Shown: piece by piece, positions 30,315 to 39,624 of the stretch | Layout of the letters: each line of letters begins with the position of its first letter | How positions within the stretch are numbered: position 1 is the stretch's first letter | Source: a virus | Lineage: Duplodnaviria; Caudoviricetes | Virus record (IMG/VR): IMGVR_UViG_3300027255_000165 | Reading direction: 5' to 3' (one strand) | Length of the DNA: 64,000 nt | The notes under the pieces: generated by a model | What the model saw: only the letters and a program-made list of their open reading frames with translations | Databases searched by the model: none | Told to the model about the DNA's origin: nothing | Program-made: the position numbers and the translations under genes

Positions 30315-31495
30315 TATTCGTAGTTGTTTCCAAGGTTAGACTTCGTGTTAGCTGCTTCGTTTAGATTATTTATCATTGGAAATATGGAAGCAATCGAACC
30401 CTGTCTTAATGCCGCTCCGACGGTGGCACCTTCAGCTCCGAATATGTTTGTCACAATTGACTGTTTAAAGGAAGTTGCGGCATCTTTTGCAATGGCCTCA
30501 CTCTGTCCAAATATGTTATCTACAGCTCCTCCTAAACCGCCTGCATAGCTGTCAACTTGATTAATGGCCTGTTGATATGCCTGTTCAAGATCACTACCAT
30601 ATACGTTGACAGGCTTGCTAATAGCGTTTAGTGGATTATTCTCTCTAATAGCACCTGTTAAACTGTCAATTGCACTGTTAGTTATTTGACCAACGTCCTG
30701 CGACAATCTATCACCGACACCCTGGATTTTAGTTCTAGCGTCACTATCACTGCTTACGCCTAAATCACCTGTACTTTCTGTCATCAACCCCTGTAAATAT
30801 GAAGTTGCAGTTTTCTTAATAGTTTCGTAACTAATTTCAATCTTAGGTGAAGGGCTTTCAGGCGCTGCGTTGCTTAATGTTTCAAATGTTTCTTTAGCAG
30901 ACTTAATATTGAACTCGCAGAAATTAAATTCATACTGAAACAACGGCTTAAAGTCACCTGATATTTCAGCGTTCTTTGTTTCAGATCCAAGCAAACCCTT
31001 TTTGAATTCTGTGTTAATGTCTCTAATCTCAGAAACCATAATCCACATTCTAAATCCTCTAATATTCTTTGGTAGAACCTGGGTCCATGCTGCAAAATCA
31101 TAAACCGAATCCCTATATAAATCCATCAAACCAGAAATTGCAAGATTGATTGATTCATTGCAAGTGATAGTTAGTTTGGCCTCATCACCTCCCCAATAAG
31201 GCTCAGTCATGTTATAGTCTAAAACCCTTGTCATTCCATCTAATGAAACCCAATACCATGGCATTTCACGATTAATCAAGAGCATGGTATCAACAAATCT
31301 TTCAAGCTTATCGGCTCTTTCAGTTTCTTTATAATGCTCTCTTAGAGTTTTAACGGCAATATCTTTATTAAAAAGAGGAGACGTAGTATCAAATAAAATT
31401 GTAAAGCTCAAATACGTAGGATCTTGATAAGGGTTCTTTGAACTCTTACCTAGTAATCCTTTTCTAAATTGTATTTGATTTGTACCAGTTGCCAT
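30314..31495 (-). CDS. tail tube-fold baseplate protein (gp48/gp54-like, putative)
   Basis: LTITCNESINLAISGLMDLYR; FQYEFNFCEF; position next to gp5. Confidence 0.45.
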   Translation of the reverse strand: MATGTNQIQFRKGLLGKSSKNPYQDPTYLSFTILFDTTSPLFNKDIAVKTLREHYKETERADKLERFVDTMLLINREMPWYWVSLDGMTRVLDYNMTEPYWGGDEAKLTITCNESINLAISGLMDLYRDSVYDFAAWTQVLPKNIRGFRMWIMVSEIRDINTEFKKGLLGSETKNAEISGDFKPLFQYEFNFCEFNIKSAKETFETLSNAAPESPSPKIEISYETIKKTATSYLQGLMTESTGDLGVSSDSDARTKIQGVGDRLSQDVGQITNSAIDSLTGAIRENNPLNAISKPVNVYGSDLEQAYQQAINQVDSYAGGLGGAVDNIFGQSEAIAKDAATSFKQSIVTNIFGAEGATVGAALRQGSIASIFPMINNLNEAANTKSNLGNNYE

Positions 31496-31499
31496 ATCC

Positions 31500-31507
31500 T
31501 ATATATT
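31500..31507 (-). promoter_or_regulatory. putative late promoter AATATATA
   Basis: Motif 4 nt before ATG 31495. Confidence 0.55.
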
Positions 31508-33035
31508 AGTTTCCTGCAGGGGCTGTCATTTTCTCAACAACCTGTTGTCTAACTGGCCATTCTTTTCTAGATAAATGAAGAACCTGATTGATTCCATCTT
31601 CACCATTATACTTATATTCGATTCCCATGATAACGTAATATCCAGTTAGAAATTCATCGACTTTAAAAGCTTCCGCTTGATTATCGTCCTCAGTCTTGGT
31701 TTGATTCTTACCGGATTCCATCTGTTCTTGCTTCACTTCGAAACCAGCCTCTTCTGCCTTTTCATTTTCAGTATTAGCTACCGCGTTACTAGTGTTAGAG
31801 TAATTATAAATGGTAACTGGAATCTTCATGTATCGATACAACGCAGGGTTATTGGTTGACAACTCGACTATTAACTTCATCTTATCTAATTCAACCATAT
31901 TTTGAACATTATTAATAGATGAATAGGCATAGTTTAAATGAACGTTATCCGCAGAGTGTTGCATTCCAATGTACTTATGCTTGACAATAGTACCATATTC
32001 ATCTTCCTTTGAAGTTTGATTACCCTTTAAAGGTACTTCGTTGTCTTTAATCGTGGAACTAACTAAGGATTCAACATCAAACTCAAGAAGCTTTCCGCCC
32101 TCTTCATTCATATCAAAATACTGCAAGGTTCTCTTGTATCCATTTTCAAGAGCTACCTGAGTTGACATGTTAATTAGGTTATATGAGACAATGTGGGTTG
32201 CCGTACCTTCTACATTGTGGTGATTCGTTAAAATTAATTCAGCCTTGTTTTCAGCTGAACCTTCCTTTGGATCTTCTTTTCTTTCATCAAACAGGGTTGC
32301 TGAAATAAGTTCATCCATTTCAACTTCTTCTTCAGAATTGAAAACCTTTTGAACGTCAACAAAGTTTACGTAATAATATGGATCAATGGAATAGGTTTGA
32401 AAAGTTTCATCTGAAATGTAAGAGTGCAAAACAGTCTTATCTAATAATTCATACTTAGATTGAAATGCCGCAATTCTTACCATTTGATCGTCTGTTGCGT
32501 CTACATTAGTCGCAACCCCTAACTTCATATCTTTAGCGATTGAAATGACATGGTCATACGAGTTTCCTAAACCGTAACTTTTGCAACTGTCATTATAAAA
32601 TTCTGGAATCTTTGCAATTGCTCTTAGTTTGAACATTGCTCCTCCATCTTGTTTTTCAGCAGTAGTAACTGGAAGACCTGAGAATTCTAGAATATGAAAA
32701 TCCATTCTAATGTCTTTATACGTATCGTTAAAGTCCATTCTGATCTTTAAAGATAACACATCTCCATCCCTAGGAAACTGTGAAACCGTGAATATGTCCC
32801 TAGAGTCTTGAAGGGTTGCCGTTATTTCGGGGTATTTACCCAATAACTTCATCGAAAATCTATCAATCTCATTAGGTTGAAATACGTAATCATTCAACTT
32901 AATATATGGTTGCATTCCGCCCTGAAAAGCAGAATGGTGATCTCCACCCTTGGATTCAGCTTGATCTGGCATTTTGATGTCTTCAAGCTTAATGGTAGGT
33001 TCAGTAATCGTAAGTAAGTGACTATTTAGACCCAT
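31506..33035 (-). CDS. baseplate hub protein (gp27-like, putative)
   Basis: 509 aa; C-terminal EFLTGYYVIMGIEYKY...QVLHLSRKEW hub-like motif; between gp53-like and gp5-like genes. Confidence 0.55.
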   Translation of the reverse strand: MGLNSHLLTITEPTIKLEDIKMPDQAESKGGDHHSAFQGGMQPYIKLNDYVFQPNEIDRFSMKLLGKYPEITATLQDSRDIFTVSQFPRDGDVLSLKIRMDFNDTYKDIRMDFHILEFSGLPVTTAEKQDGGAMFKLRAIAKIPEFYNDSCKSYGLGNSYDHVISIAKDMKLGVATNVDATDDQMVRIAAFQSKYELLDKTVLHSYISDETFQTYSIDPYYYVNFVDVQKVFNSEEEVEMDELISATLFDERKEDPKEGSAENKAELILTNHHNVEGTATHIVSYNLINMSTQVALENGYKRTLQYFDMNEEGGKLLEFDVESLVSSTIKDNEVPLKGNQTSKEDEYGTIVKHKYIGMQHSADNVHLNYAYSSINNVQNMVELDKMKLIVELSTNNPALYRYMKIPVTIYNYSNTSNAVANTENEKAEEAGFEVKQEQMESGKNQTKTEDDNQAEAFKVDEFLTGYYVIMGIEYKYNGEDGINQVLHLSRKEWPVRQQVVEKMTAPAGN

Positions 33036-33538
33036 TATTCTGTGAAGTTTGTAGGATTAGCACTTCTGATTCCATCAACAATGCTGTAATTGCTATCACC
33101 GGTTTTGTGTCTGTTTGGTGGCAAGTTTTCTTTTGAACCGTTATCCAACTGTGCAGACTTTTGTTGTAGAAATTCTAGACGTTTAACATCTTTTTGTGTC
33201 ATTCTTCTTTGTGAAACAAACTTATCCTTAGCCGAAGAACCTGTCATTCTTGTAGGCTTAATAAACTTAACAAAGTCTGTAGTATAAAGAGGTATTTCGA
33301 TTTCATCACCAACGTTCATTGAGAAAGGATTTGAAATTCCATTCCACTTTAGAATTAAATCAGTCATTGAATCGTCTTTGTAGTATTTAAGAGCGATTAG
33401 ATCCGGACGACCCTCTTCCTCCTCAGATACTCTATGATTCTGAAAAACACTAGTGTCTTCTTTGAACACTAGAGTAGGTTCAGTCATAATGGCCTTTTCA
33501 GCCGTCACCTTCTTTCTATCTAACGTATTAAACTTCAT
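33035..33538 (-). CDS. baseplate wedge protein gp53-like (LysM-like)
   Basis: EGRPDLIALKYY...LILKWNGISNPFSMNVGDEIEIP. Confidence 0.75.
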   Translation of the reverse strand: MKFNTLDRKKVTAEKAIMTEPTLVFKEDTSVFQNHRVSEEEEGRPDLIALKYYKDDSMTDLILKWNGISNPFSMNVGDEIEIPLYTTDFVKFIKPTRMTGSSAKDKFVSQRRMTQKDVKRLEFLQQKSAQLDNGSKENLPPNRHKTGDSNYSIVDGIRSANPTNFTE

Positions 33539-35364
33539 TACCCTTGTGCCATTTTCTTCATGATGTCGTTAGGACCATCTTTCATATCCCTATTACCGTA
33601 TGCTGAAACCTCAACACCGCCTTCACCGGCATCAACTCCACCTTTAGGAGCAAGGTATAATCTACCTCTACCGCCGTTGAACATAGATTCAATGTCTGAC
33701 TTATCTCTTGGTCTAGCATGTTTGAGTTCAACTTCAACTTTTAATTGAGTTGGAAATCCATCGTATGAAAGTTCGCCACTGAACTGAAAGTCAGCTGATG
33801 CGCAATACAAATTACCAATAACTGCGATCGGATTAAGTGGGTTACCAACCGTTAAGTGATATTGACCGGTTGCATCACCGGTTAGAAGTGCATTTACAGC
33901 TTCACCTCCTTGAGGAGTGTTAAACATTTTCATTAGCGAACCTCCAATAAGGTTATTTCCAAGTTTAGATCCCATTAGACCGTTTTGAGAAATGTCAGAT
34001 GCAATGTTACCAATACCTTTCATCGCCGATCCCACCAAGCCGCTTAGGAAGCCACCAAAGTCACCGCTTTTGATTTTACTAATATCACCAAACGGTTTGT
34101 TGAACTTACCTCCACCTCCTCCGGTGTATCTTACAGCACCTCCCCAGAAGTTACCGTTATTATATGTTAGAACTAAAAGGTTAGCCATTAAATCAAGGAA
34201 AGCAACCCTAGGGTTAACTCCCTTAAGTTGTCTTAGGTCATACTCAAATACTAACTTAATATCTTGTGAAAAATCAAGACCTTGACCTCTAACCGCTACC
34301 TTTTTAATTACGTTGACAGGACCGAATACGTGATTAGGATAAGTTCCTTTAGTTGCGTCAAATCCACTTTTGGCGTTTGCAGTTTGAACAGCATTCATGC
34401 CGTTTGCAGCACCGTAAATTGAGCTAGCAAGACCACTTCCATTAATAAATCCACCTAACTTTCCTCCTCGGGCTCCGCCACCGCCATTAATTTCTTGAAG
34501 CTGTGACTCTACCTCAGTCCAAGTAGTGCTAACCTTAAACTTTAAAATGTCTTCAAGCTTGTTGCCCGCTGCTTCGCTCATCCAAGTCACGGCTCTTGCC
34601 AAATCCGGTGTAACTTTATCAAATGGTTGACCGCTTGCATCAAGAGACCTAATGTGAAGAATGTCATCTTCAACTGGCATTGGAAATCTTCTTAGGGTTA
34701 AAAGGTAATCGTTAGAAATCTTACCATAATACTTAGCAAGGGCAAAGTCTGCGTATTCATACCGATACGCCTTTCCGCCGGTGGCCTTTGTGTATTCAAT
34801 GATTTTGGTAGCAGTTGGGTTTCTTGACAATACATTTTCTGCATCTGTACCCGCAAATAGAGAGGGTTTATTATAGTACTCTGCTGCTGGAGAATCTGAA
34901 TGAAATGGAGTTCCTCTCCACTTTAAAAGGGACCAGGCGTTAAACAAAGACCAATAACCCTCTTCCCCTTCAATTGTAAACTTAGTAACTCCAGCTTCTT
35001 TCTTCTTATTCTTGCTCTCATCACCTTCAGCTCCCGCAGCTTGTGAAGCTGAATCAACTTCATACTTTTCGGAAGTAATTAAATTTGGACCATACATTGG
35101 TTCAAACGAGGCAACTTGAGGAGTGATAGTGTTCTCGTTAATTAGACCAACGGTTGGATTAACAACCGGAGGATTGTTTTTACCCTTACCAGAGAATAAG
35201 TTCTTCTTTTCTTTACCTCCTTTAGTTGAAACGTTCTGACCGGCTACTCTATCATATTGTGATTGTGCTTCTCTGGAAACACTATTCCAAAGGCCACTAC
35301 CCTGATTAGAAACGTTACTTACGTCTTTATTAAAAATCGAGCCTAAAGCGTCGCCAAAACCCAT
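33538..35364 (-). CDS. baseplate/tail tube initiator-like protein (putative)
   Basis: 608 aa; YHLTVGNPLNPIAVIGNLYC...GFPTQLKVEVELKHARPR; GATATATA upstream. Confidence 0.45.
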   Translation of the reverse strand: MGFGDALGSIFNKDVSNVSNQGSGLWNSVSREAQSQYDRVAGQNVSTKGGKEKKNLFSGKGKNNPPVVNPTVGLINENTITPQVASFEPMYGPNLITSEKYEVDSASQAAGAEGDESKNKKKEAGVTKFTIEGEEGYWSLFNAWSLLKWRGTPFHSDSPAAEYYNKPSLFAGTDAENVLSRNPTATKIIEYTKATGGKAYRYEYADFALAKYYGKISNDYLLTLRRFPMPVEDDILHIRSLDASGQPFDKVTPDLARAVTWMSEAAGNKLEDILKFKVSTTWTEVESQLQEINGGGGARGGKLGGFINGSGLASSIYGAANGMNAVQTANAKSGFDATKGTYPNHVFGPVNVIKKVAVRGQGLDFSQDIKLVFEYDLRQLKGVNPRVAFLDLMANLLVLTYNNGNFWGGAVRYTGGGGGKFNKPFGDISKIKSGDFGGFLSGLVGSAMKGIGNIASDISQNGLMGSKLGNNLIGGSLMKMFNTPQGGEAVNALLTGDATGQYHLTVGNPLNPIAVIGNLYCASADFQFSGELSYDGFPTQLKVEVELKHARPRDKSDIESMFNGGRGRLYLAPKGGVDAGEGGVEVSAYGNRDMKDGPNDIMKKMAQG

Positions 35365-35386
35365 ACCCTATTGTCTTATTTTAGGG

Positions 35387-35394
35387 TATATATC
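35387..35394 (-). promoter_or_regulatory. putative late promoter GATATATA
   Basis: Upstream of the baseplate block. Confidence 0.6.
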
Positions 35395-35986
35395 AATCAA
35401 TGCTATCCAGCTCTTCGAAGGTAGCCCGATGAATAATATCTTGAATCCAATTCTTTTTCTTTGGTTCCCTATCCTTTAAGAATCGTTTTAGAGCCATCTG
35501 GAAATCTTCTTTCGTATCAAAGTGATACTGTCCCTTTCTGTAGAAAGTTCTTGTCGACATTTCAAAGATGTCCTTGATTGATTTCTCGATCAAAAAGGAT
35601 TGAACGGTATTAAACAGTTCAATGACGTCGGCCTCTGATCTAACGCACATCATAGAGTCAACAACTACCGTATATCGATGCCAGTTTTCATCACTAGAGA
35701 TGTGAGATTCAAATTGATCGCATGTCGTAAAGTCAGATCTCTTAAATTTAAACCATGAGTCTTTACCTTTGAAGTCCTTTTGAAACTTACCCCAAAAAAA
35801 GTAGCGTTTTAAGAAGTTAATATCATCATAGAACTTGACGATTTTTAACTGATACTGTGGATTGTATTCATCCATCTTAACGTCATAGATGATACCCCTG
35901 ACCGGAAATAAGATATTAGGATTTGCCGCTGTGGAAATTAGAGCGTGACAGTATTCTCCTTTAGCAAATAATTTATGCTGAATCAT
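35393..35986 (-). CDS. hypothetical protein
   Basis: 197 aa ORF. Confidence 0.6.
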   Translation of the reverse strand: MIQHKLFAKGEYCHALISTAANPNILFPVRGIIYDVKMDEYNPQYQLKIVKFYDDINFLKRYFFWGKFQKDFKGKDSWFKFKRSDFTTCDQFESHISSDENWHRYTVVVDSMMCVRSEADVIELFNTVQSFLIEKSIKDIFEMSTRTFYRKGQYHFDTKEDFQMALKRFLKDREPKKKNWIQDIIHRATFEELDSID

Positions 35987-36393
35987 TTGTCAATGAATTT
36001 AACAACGTCAAAATTGCTCAATACTCCCTTTCTAGGATAGTCAGTCCTATTAATGATTACAAGCTTAGTACAAAATTTAGAATCTTCGGGTGATAGATCA
36101 TCAATAACACTAAACAGCCCAGCTGTCGTGTCTGCTGTTAAGTTCTTAAGCATGTAAATTAATCTAAATTCTTTAGCACCTTCTTCAAATGAAGATAACT
36201 TAGATTCAAGAAAAGATAAAAGATGAAGGCCGACTACCTTATCATTCGGTGGAGAACCATAAGGATCGGCCTTCATTAACTTATTAACAATATCTAGATA
36301 GTTAATGGTGGTCGCCCCTTCTCCGTTCAATCTGATATATTTATTGAACTCGGCTTTGTTGTTACACCAAATACATTCTAGTTTAATTATCAT
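35983..36393 (-). CDS. hypothetical protein
   Basis: 136 aa ORF, 4-nt overlaps with neighbours. Confidence 0.6.
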   Translation of the reverse strand: MIIKLECIWCNNKAEFNKYIRLNGEGATTINYLDIVNKLMKADPYGSPPNDKVVGLHLLSFLESKLSSFEEGAKEFRLIYMLKNLTADTTAGLFSVIDDLSPEDSKFCTKLVIINRTDYPRKGVLSNFDVVKFIDK

Positions 36394-36719
36394 TTCATGG
36401 TGGAAAGCGACTCTTTAAGTGAGTTTAATTCTATTTCAATCTCGGAGATTCTTCCTTCCAACTCTTCCTTCGAAGGTTCGAAGCTATCACCCCAGTCGCT
36501 AATAATTTTAATTTGATCAACCTGTTTAGAATTGCCAAGTTCAAGACCCATGTCCTCTGATAGCTCATATAGGAGATTCATTTTAGTAAGGACTACGTCA
36601 CCTGATTCGATGTCATATACAACCTTACTTTCAAATCTTTCACCAGCTGCGTTAATGTTATCATCTGACACGGTCTTAATAATACCGTTATCTGCAATTT
36701 CTAAAACGATTTTTTGCAT
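36390..36719 (-). CDS. hypothetical protein
   Basis: 109 aa, C-terminal coiled coil. Confidence 0.6.
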   Translation of the reverse strand: MQKIVLEIADNGIIKTVSDDNINAAGERFESKVVYDIESGDVVLTKMNLLYELSEDMGLELGNSKQVDQIKIISDWGDSFEPSKEELEGRISEIEIELNSLKESLSTMK

Positions 36720-36720
36720 C

Positions 36721-37080
36721 TTAGTTCATTTCAGCCGCTTCGCGTAGGATGCGTCTTTGTTCTTTCTTTTCTTTTCTACGCTCTTCAAGATCTTTGCTTT
36801 TAATAGCTCCAATTCTCCAAGCTTCTAGAAGCAATTCAACTTTAGCAGCTGAATAGCCCATTGACTCATATTGTTCTTTCATCGCAACCTCCTTTTGAGA
36901 AAGAAATTCATAAGTTGCCTTTTCATTTCTTTCAACGTTTTGTGCATGAAGCTGTTTACCTTCATTGTAGGTTTTATTATACCATAAAGTACCTACTTCG
37001 CTAAAACGTCCGTACATGTTTTTAATACGTAGCATTTTAGCCATTCTTAGTTGCCAGCGGCGTTCTTTTCTATTTGCCAT
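36721..37080 (-). CDS. hypothetical basic protein
   Basis: 119 aa, R/K-rich termini. Confidence 0.6.
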   Translation of the reverse strand: MANRKERRWQLRMAKMLRIKNMYGRFSEVGTLWYNKTYNEGKQLHAQNVERNEKATYEFLSQKEVAMKEQYESMGYSAAKVELLLEAWRIGAIKSKDLEERRKEKKEQRRILREAAEMN

Positions 37081-37088
37081 AAATTAAA

Positions 37089-37706
37089 TTAATTTGAGTA
37101 ATACTCGTTAAGGAAAGTTTCAATATGTTGTTTGACGTAGTCTTGTAGATTATTTATATCGATTTGTTCAAGAGCCACGTCAATAATTTCTTGATTCAAA
37201 TCTTCTTCCTCCATTCCTTCCGATAACATTGCATAGATTGCAGGGGTAGGAATGTTAATGTTCATGTTTACTGGAATTTGAACAACATTTTTCTTGCTCA
37301 TCTTTTGAATCATTTTACCCATCACTGAAACTTGTTTAGTTTGAACAGGGGGTTGAATGATTGATGCGTCTGTGCTGCTCGTTACAGTATTGTTAGTTTG
37401 ATCTTGAACAGGATCAGATTGTGGAGATGTAAATTGCAAAACATCTTGATTGTTTTCAATTTTTATCATGAATTCATTGATCAGGGATGGATTGATTCTT
37501 TTACCATTCGTAAAATAAGTCCACTTGGCATCTTTACGATCTTTATCAACGGTCCAGATTTCACCCATGTGATCACCTTTTATCCACTGATAATTAAGCT
37601 GTCCCTTTTTAATTACATTATCTTCCATAATAATTGATTCAGATATTATCATATCCTTCTTCGATTCTTTTAATAAAGCTTTCTTTAAGATTTTCAGAAC
37701 CTTCAT
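37089..37706 (-). CDS. hypothetical protein (true start probably 37652 or 37628)
   Basis: ORF track; the first 68 nt overlap the upstream gene. Confidence 0.55.
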   Translation of the reverse strand: MKVLKILKKALLKESKKDMIISESIIMEDNVIKKGQLNYQWIKGDHMGEIWTVDKDRKDAKWTYFTNGKRINPSLINEFMIKIENNQDVLQFTSPQSDPVQDQTNNTVTSSTDASIIQPPVQTKQVSVMGKMIQKMSKKNVVQIPVNMNINIPTPAIYAMLSEGMEEEDLNQEIIDVALEQIDINNLQDYVKQHIETFLNEYYSN

Positions 37707-37866
37707 AATACTCTTCTAAATAGTCATTTAGTAATTTAATAGATCTACTCGGACCAATTAGAGCATCGGCCTTAAGGTATCTTCTAACAAACGTTGAAGA
37801 ATCAAGCGTTAAGATCTGTTTTACTAACACATCATATTCTGGTACGTATACTTTATTAAATCCCAT
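37639..37866 (-). CDS. hypothetical protein
   Basis: 75 aa ORF coupled to dCMP deaminase. Confidence 0.5.
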   Translation of the reverse strand: MGFNKVYVPEYDVLVKQILTLDSSTFVRRYLKADALIGPSRSIKLLNDYLEEYYEGSENLKESFIKRIEEGYDNI

Positions 37867-38386
37867 CTTCTTGTCTATTTAATCTTATAACATCAACATG
37901 TGCTTTGTTTAAAAGCTGCAATCCCTCAATATCCCGATATTCTTCTGAATAAAATACTCTCTTAATACCAGATTGAATAATCAGCTTTGAACATTCAAAG
38001 CAAGGAGAAGTAGTTGTATAAAGATCTGCTCCCTCACTTGACATGGTTGACTTAGCAATTTTTGTTAAAGCGTTTGATTCTGCATGTAGAACTTCTCGTT
38101 TTGTGGTAGATTCAGTCTTAGTGCAACAATCATCAACACAGATAAATCCACTGTCTTCTAAATCATCTACGATTTCAGGAGAGGTTGAATAGCTTGCGCT
38201 GATTTTAATTTCTTGAATGTCTTCACATTGATTATCAAAACCCTTTGGGGTTCCATTATATCCAAATGAAACCAACTGGTTGTCTTTAACAATTACGCAT
38301 CCAACCTTACGTCTACTTGCGTAACTCAATTTTGCAAATTGGTACGCAACATCCATATAAACTTCATCAATTGATAACCTGGGCAT
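37856..38386 (-). CDS. dCMP deaminase
   Basis: KVGCVIV, GYNGTPKG, VLHAESNA, SPCFEC Zn-binding motifs. Confidence 0.93.
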   Translation of the reverse strand: MPRLSIDEVYMDVAYQFAKLSYASRRKVGCVIVKDNQLVSFGYNGTPKGFDNQCEDIQEIKISASYSTSPEIVDDLEDSGFICVDDCCTKTESTTKREVLHAESNALTKIAKSTMSSEGADLYTTTSPCFECSKLIIQSGIKRVFYSEEYRDIEGLQLLNKAHVDVIRLNRQEDGI

Positions 38387-38394
38387 AAAAATAA

Positions 38395-38421
38395 AGGTCT
38401 GAGTATATTATACCCAGACCT
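38395..38421 (-). terminator. intrinsic terminator after the acidic protein gene
   Basis: AGGTCTGGGTAT-AAT-ATACTCAGACCT followed by TTATTTTT on the minus strand. Confidence 0.65.
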
Positions 38422-38447
38422 CTATTAAAAGTTTATTATGAATTGAA

Positions 38448-39182
38448 TTAAGCTTGCTCTACTTCTTCGCCTTCTGAATCCCATGCTTCCATCATCTCAT
38501 CGATCTTCTTAGAGTAAGACTCTTTTAGACCATTACATGCAGCTTCATAAGCTTCTTGTGTGATGTCTTCTTTTGATTCTTTTAGGGCATTTGCGGCCAT
38601 CATTGCCATAAGAGCTGCATTTTCTTTTAAGTAAGATTCGATAGTGTGAGTATCGTGCATATCATTTTCCCAGACTTTAGCTTCAGACTTAACTTTTTCG
38701 TAAAGTTCTTTGACCATTTCTTCAACAGTTACTGGTGCTTCAGCCTCCTCAGACTCTTCGCCTTCTTCAGACTCTTCGCCTTCTTCAGACTCTTCCTCTT
38801 CAGGAGATTCTTCAGCTTCATGCTCTTCTTCGTCATCAGCGATCTGAGTTTCTACCTCGTCTTCGTTTTCTTCTTCAGACTCAGTAACCTCTTTAGCTCC
38901 TTCTTCACCTTCGTCTTCAGGTGCTTCTTGATCGCCTTCTTCTGTTTCTTTGTCGTCCTCTGAGTAAACCTCTTCAGTATCGGCATCCATGTCCTCTACC
39001 TCCTCGCCAGCTCCGTTATCTTCGTCGCCTTCTGGTACATCGGCCTCAGGTTGGTCTGCAGTAACTACTTCTTCACCTTCACCCTGTTCTTCAGGTTCAC
39101 CCATAGCTACGGTGTCCTTTTCGATCTCTTCTGCGCGATCTAAAGATTCAACGTATTCTTCAAATGTTTTAAGTTTTGCCAT
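38448..39182 (-). CDS. highly acidic protein, putative prohead core/internal head protein
   Basis: Very Glu/Asp-rich; N-terminal KLKTFEEYVES; GATATATA upstream. Confidence 0.5.
   Translation of the reverse strand: MAKLKTFEEYVESLDRAEEIEKDTVAMGEPEEQGEGEEVVTADQPEADVPEGDEDNGAGEEVEDMDADTEEVYSEDDKETEEGDQEAPEDEGEEGAKEVTESEEENEDEVETQIADDEEEHEAEESPEEEESEEGEESEEGEESEEAEAPVTVEEMVKELYEKVKSEAKVWENDMHDTHTIESYLKENAALMAMMAANALKESKEDITQEAYEAACNGLKESYSKKIDEMMEAWDSEGEEVEQA
38749..38795. repeat. 18-bp tandem repeat (about 2.6 copies) encoding EEGEES
   Basis: tcagactcttcgccttct twice plus a partial copy. Confidence 0.85.
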
Positions 39183-39211
39183 GATGTGTATGGTTTTATT
39201 TTGTTATTATC

Positions 39212-39219
39212 TATATATC
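39212..39219 (-). promoter_or_regulatory. putative late promoter GATATATA
   Basis: Upstream of the acidic protein. Confidence 0.6.
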
Positions 39220-39222
39220 AGA

Positions 39223-39624
39223 TTATTTTAGACTAAGTTTAATCTTATTAAATTGTTCGAATAGCACAATGTATTTCATAGATTCATTTGCTTCTTCTTT
39301 TTTAATTTGGTCCATCTTTTTCATAGCCCAATCAACTCCTTCATCTCCACCCCAAATTAACCAGGCAATATAGCCATTGTCTTTCCATGGTTCGTCCTTA
39401 TGTTCAGGTGCAATGGTTGAGTTTTTTCTATGACGATTGAACTGAGCCATTCTAGAAACTACATCCCTAGAAAGAGCTTCTCCTTTAGCTAGTTGATGGG
39501 CTCTCTGCCAACCAACTTCAGTTCCTCCTTTAACCTCATCTCTACCGTGCTTTTCCTTCCAAGCAATTGCTTTTTTAGCGTTTGCCTTGGCAGCTGCAGG
39601 ATAATCTTTATAAGTATCTGACAT
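39223..39624 (-). CDS. conserved phage protein (head-associated, putative)
   Basis: GTEVGWQRAHQLAKGE...SRMAQFNRH...GYIAWLIWGGDEG, a family I recall from phage morphogenesis regions. Confidence 0.5.
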   Translation of the reverse strand: MSDTYKDYPAAAKANAKKAIAWKEKHGRDEVKGGTEVGWQRAHQLAKGEALSRDVVSRMAQFNRHRKNSTIAPEHKDEPWKDNGYIAWLIWGGDEGVDWAMKKMDQIKKEEANESMKYIVLFEQFNKIKLSLK

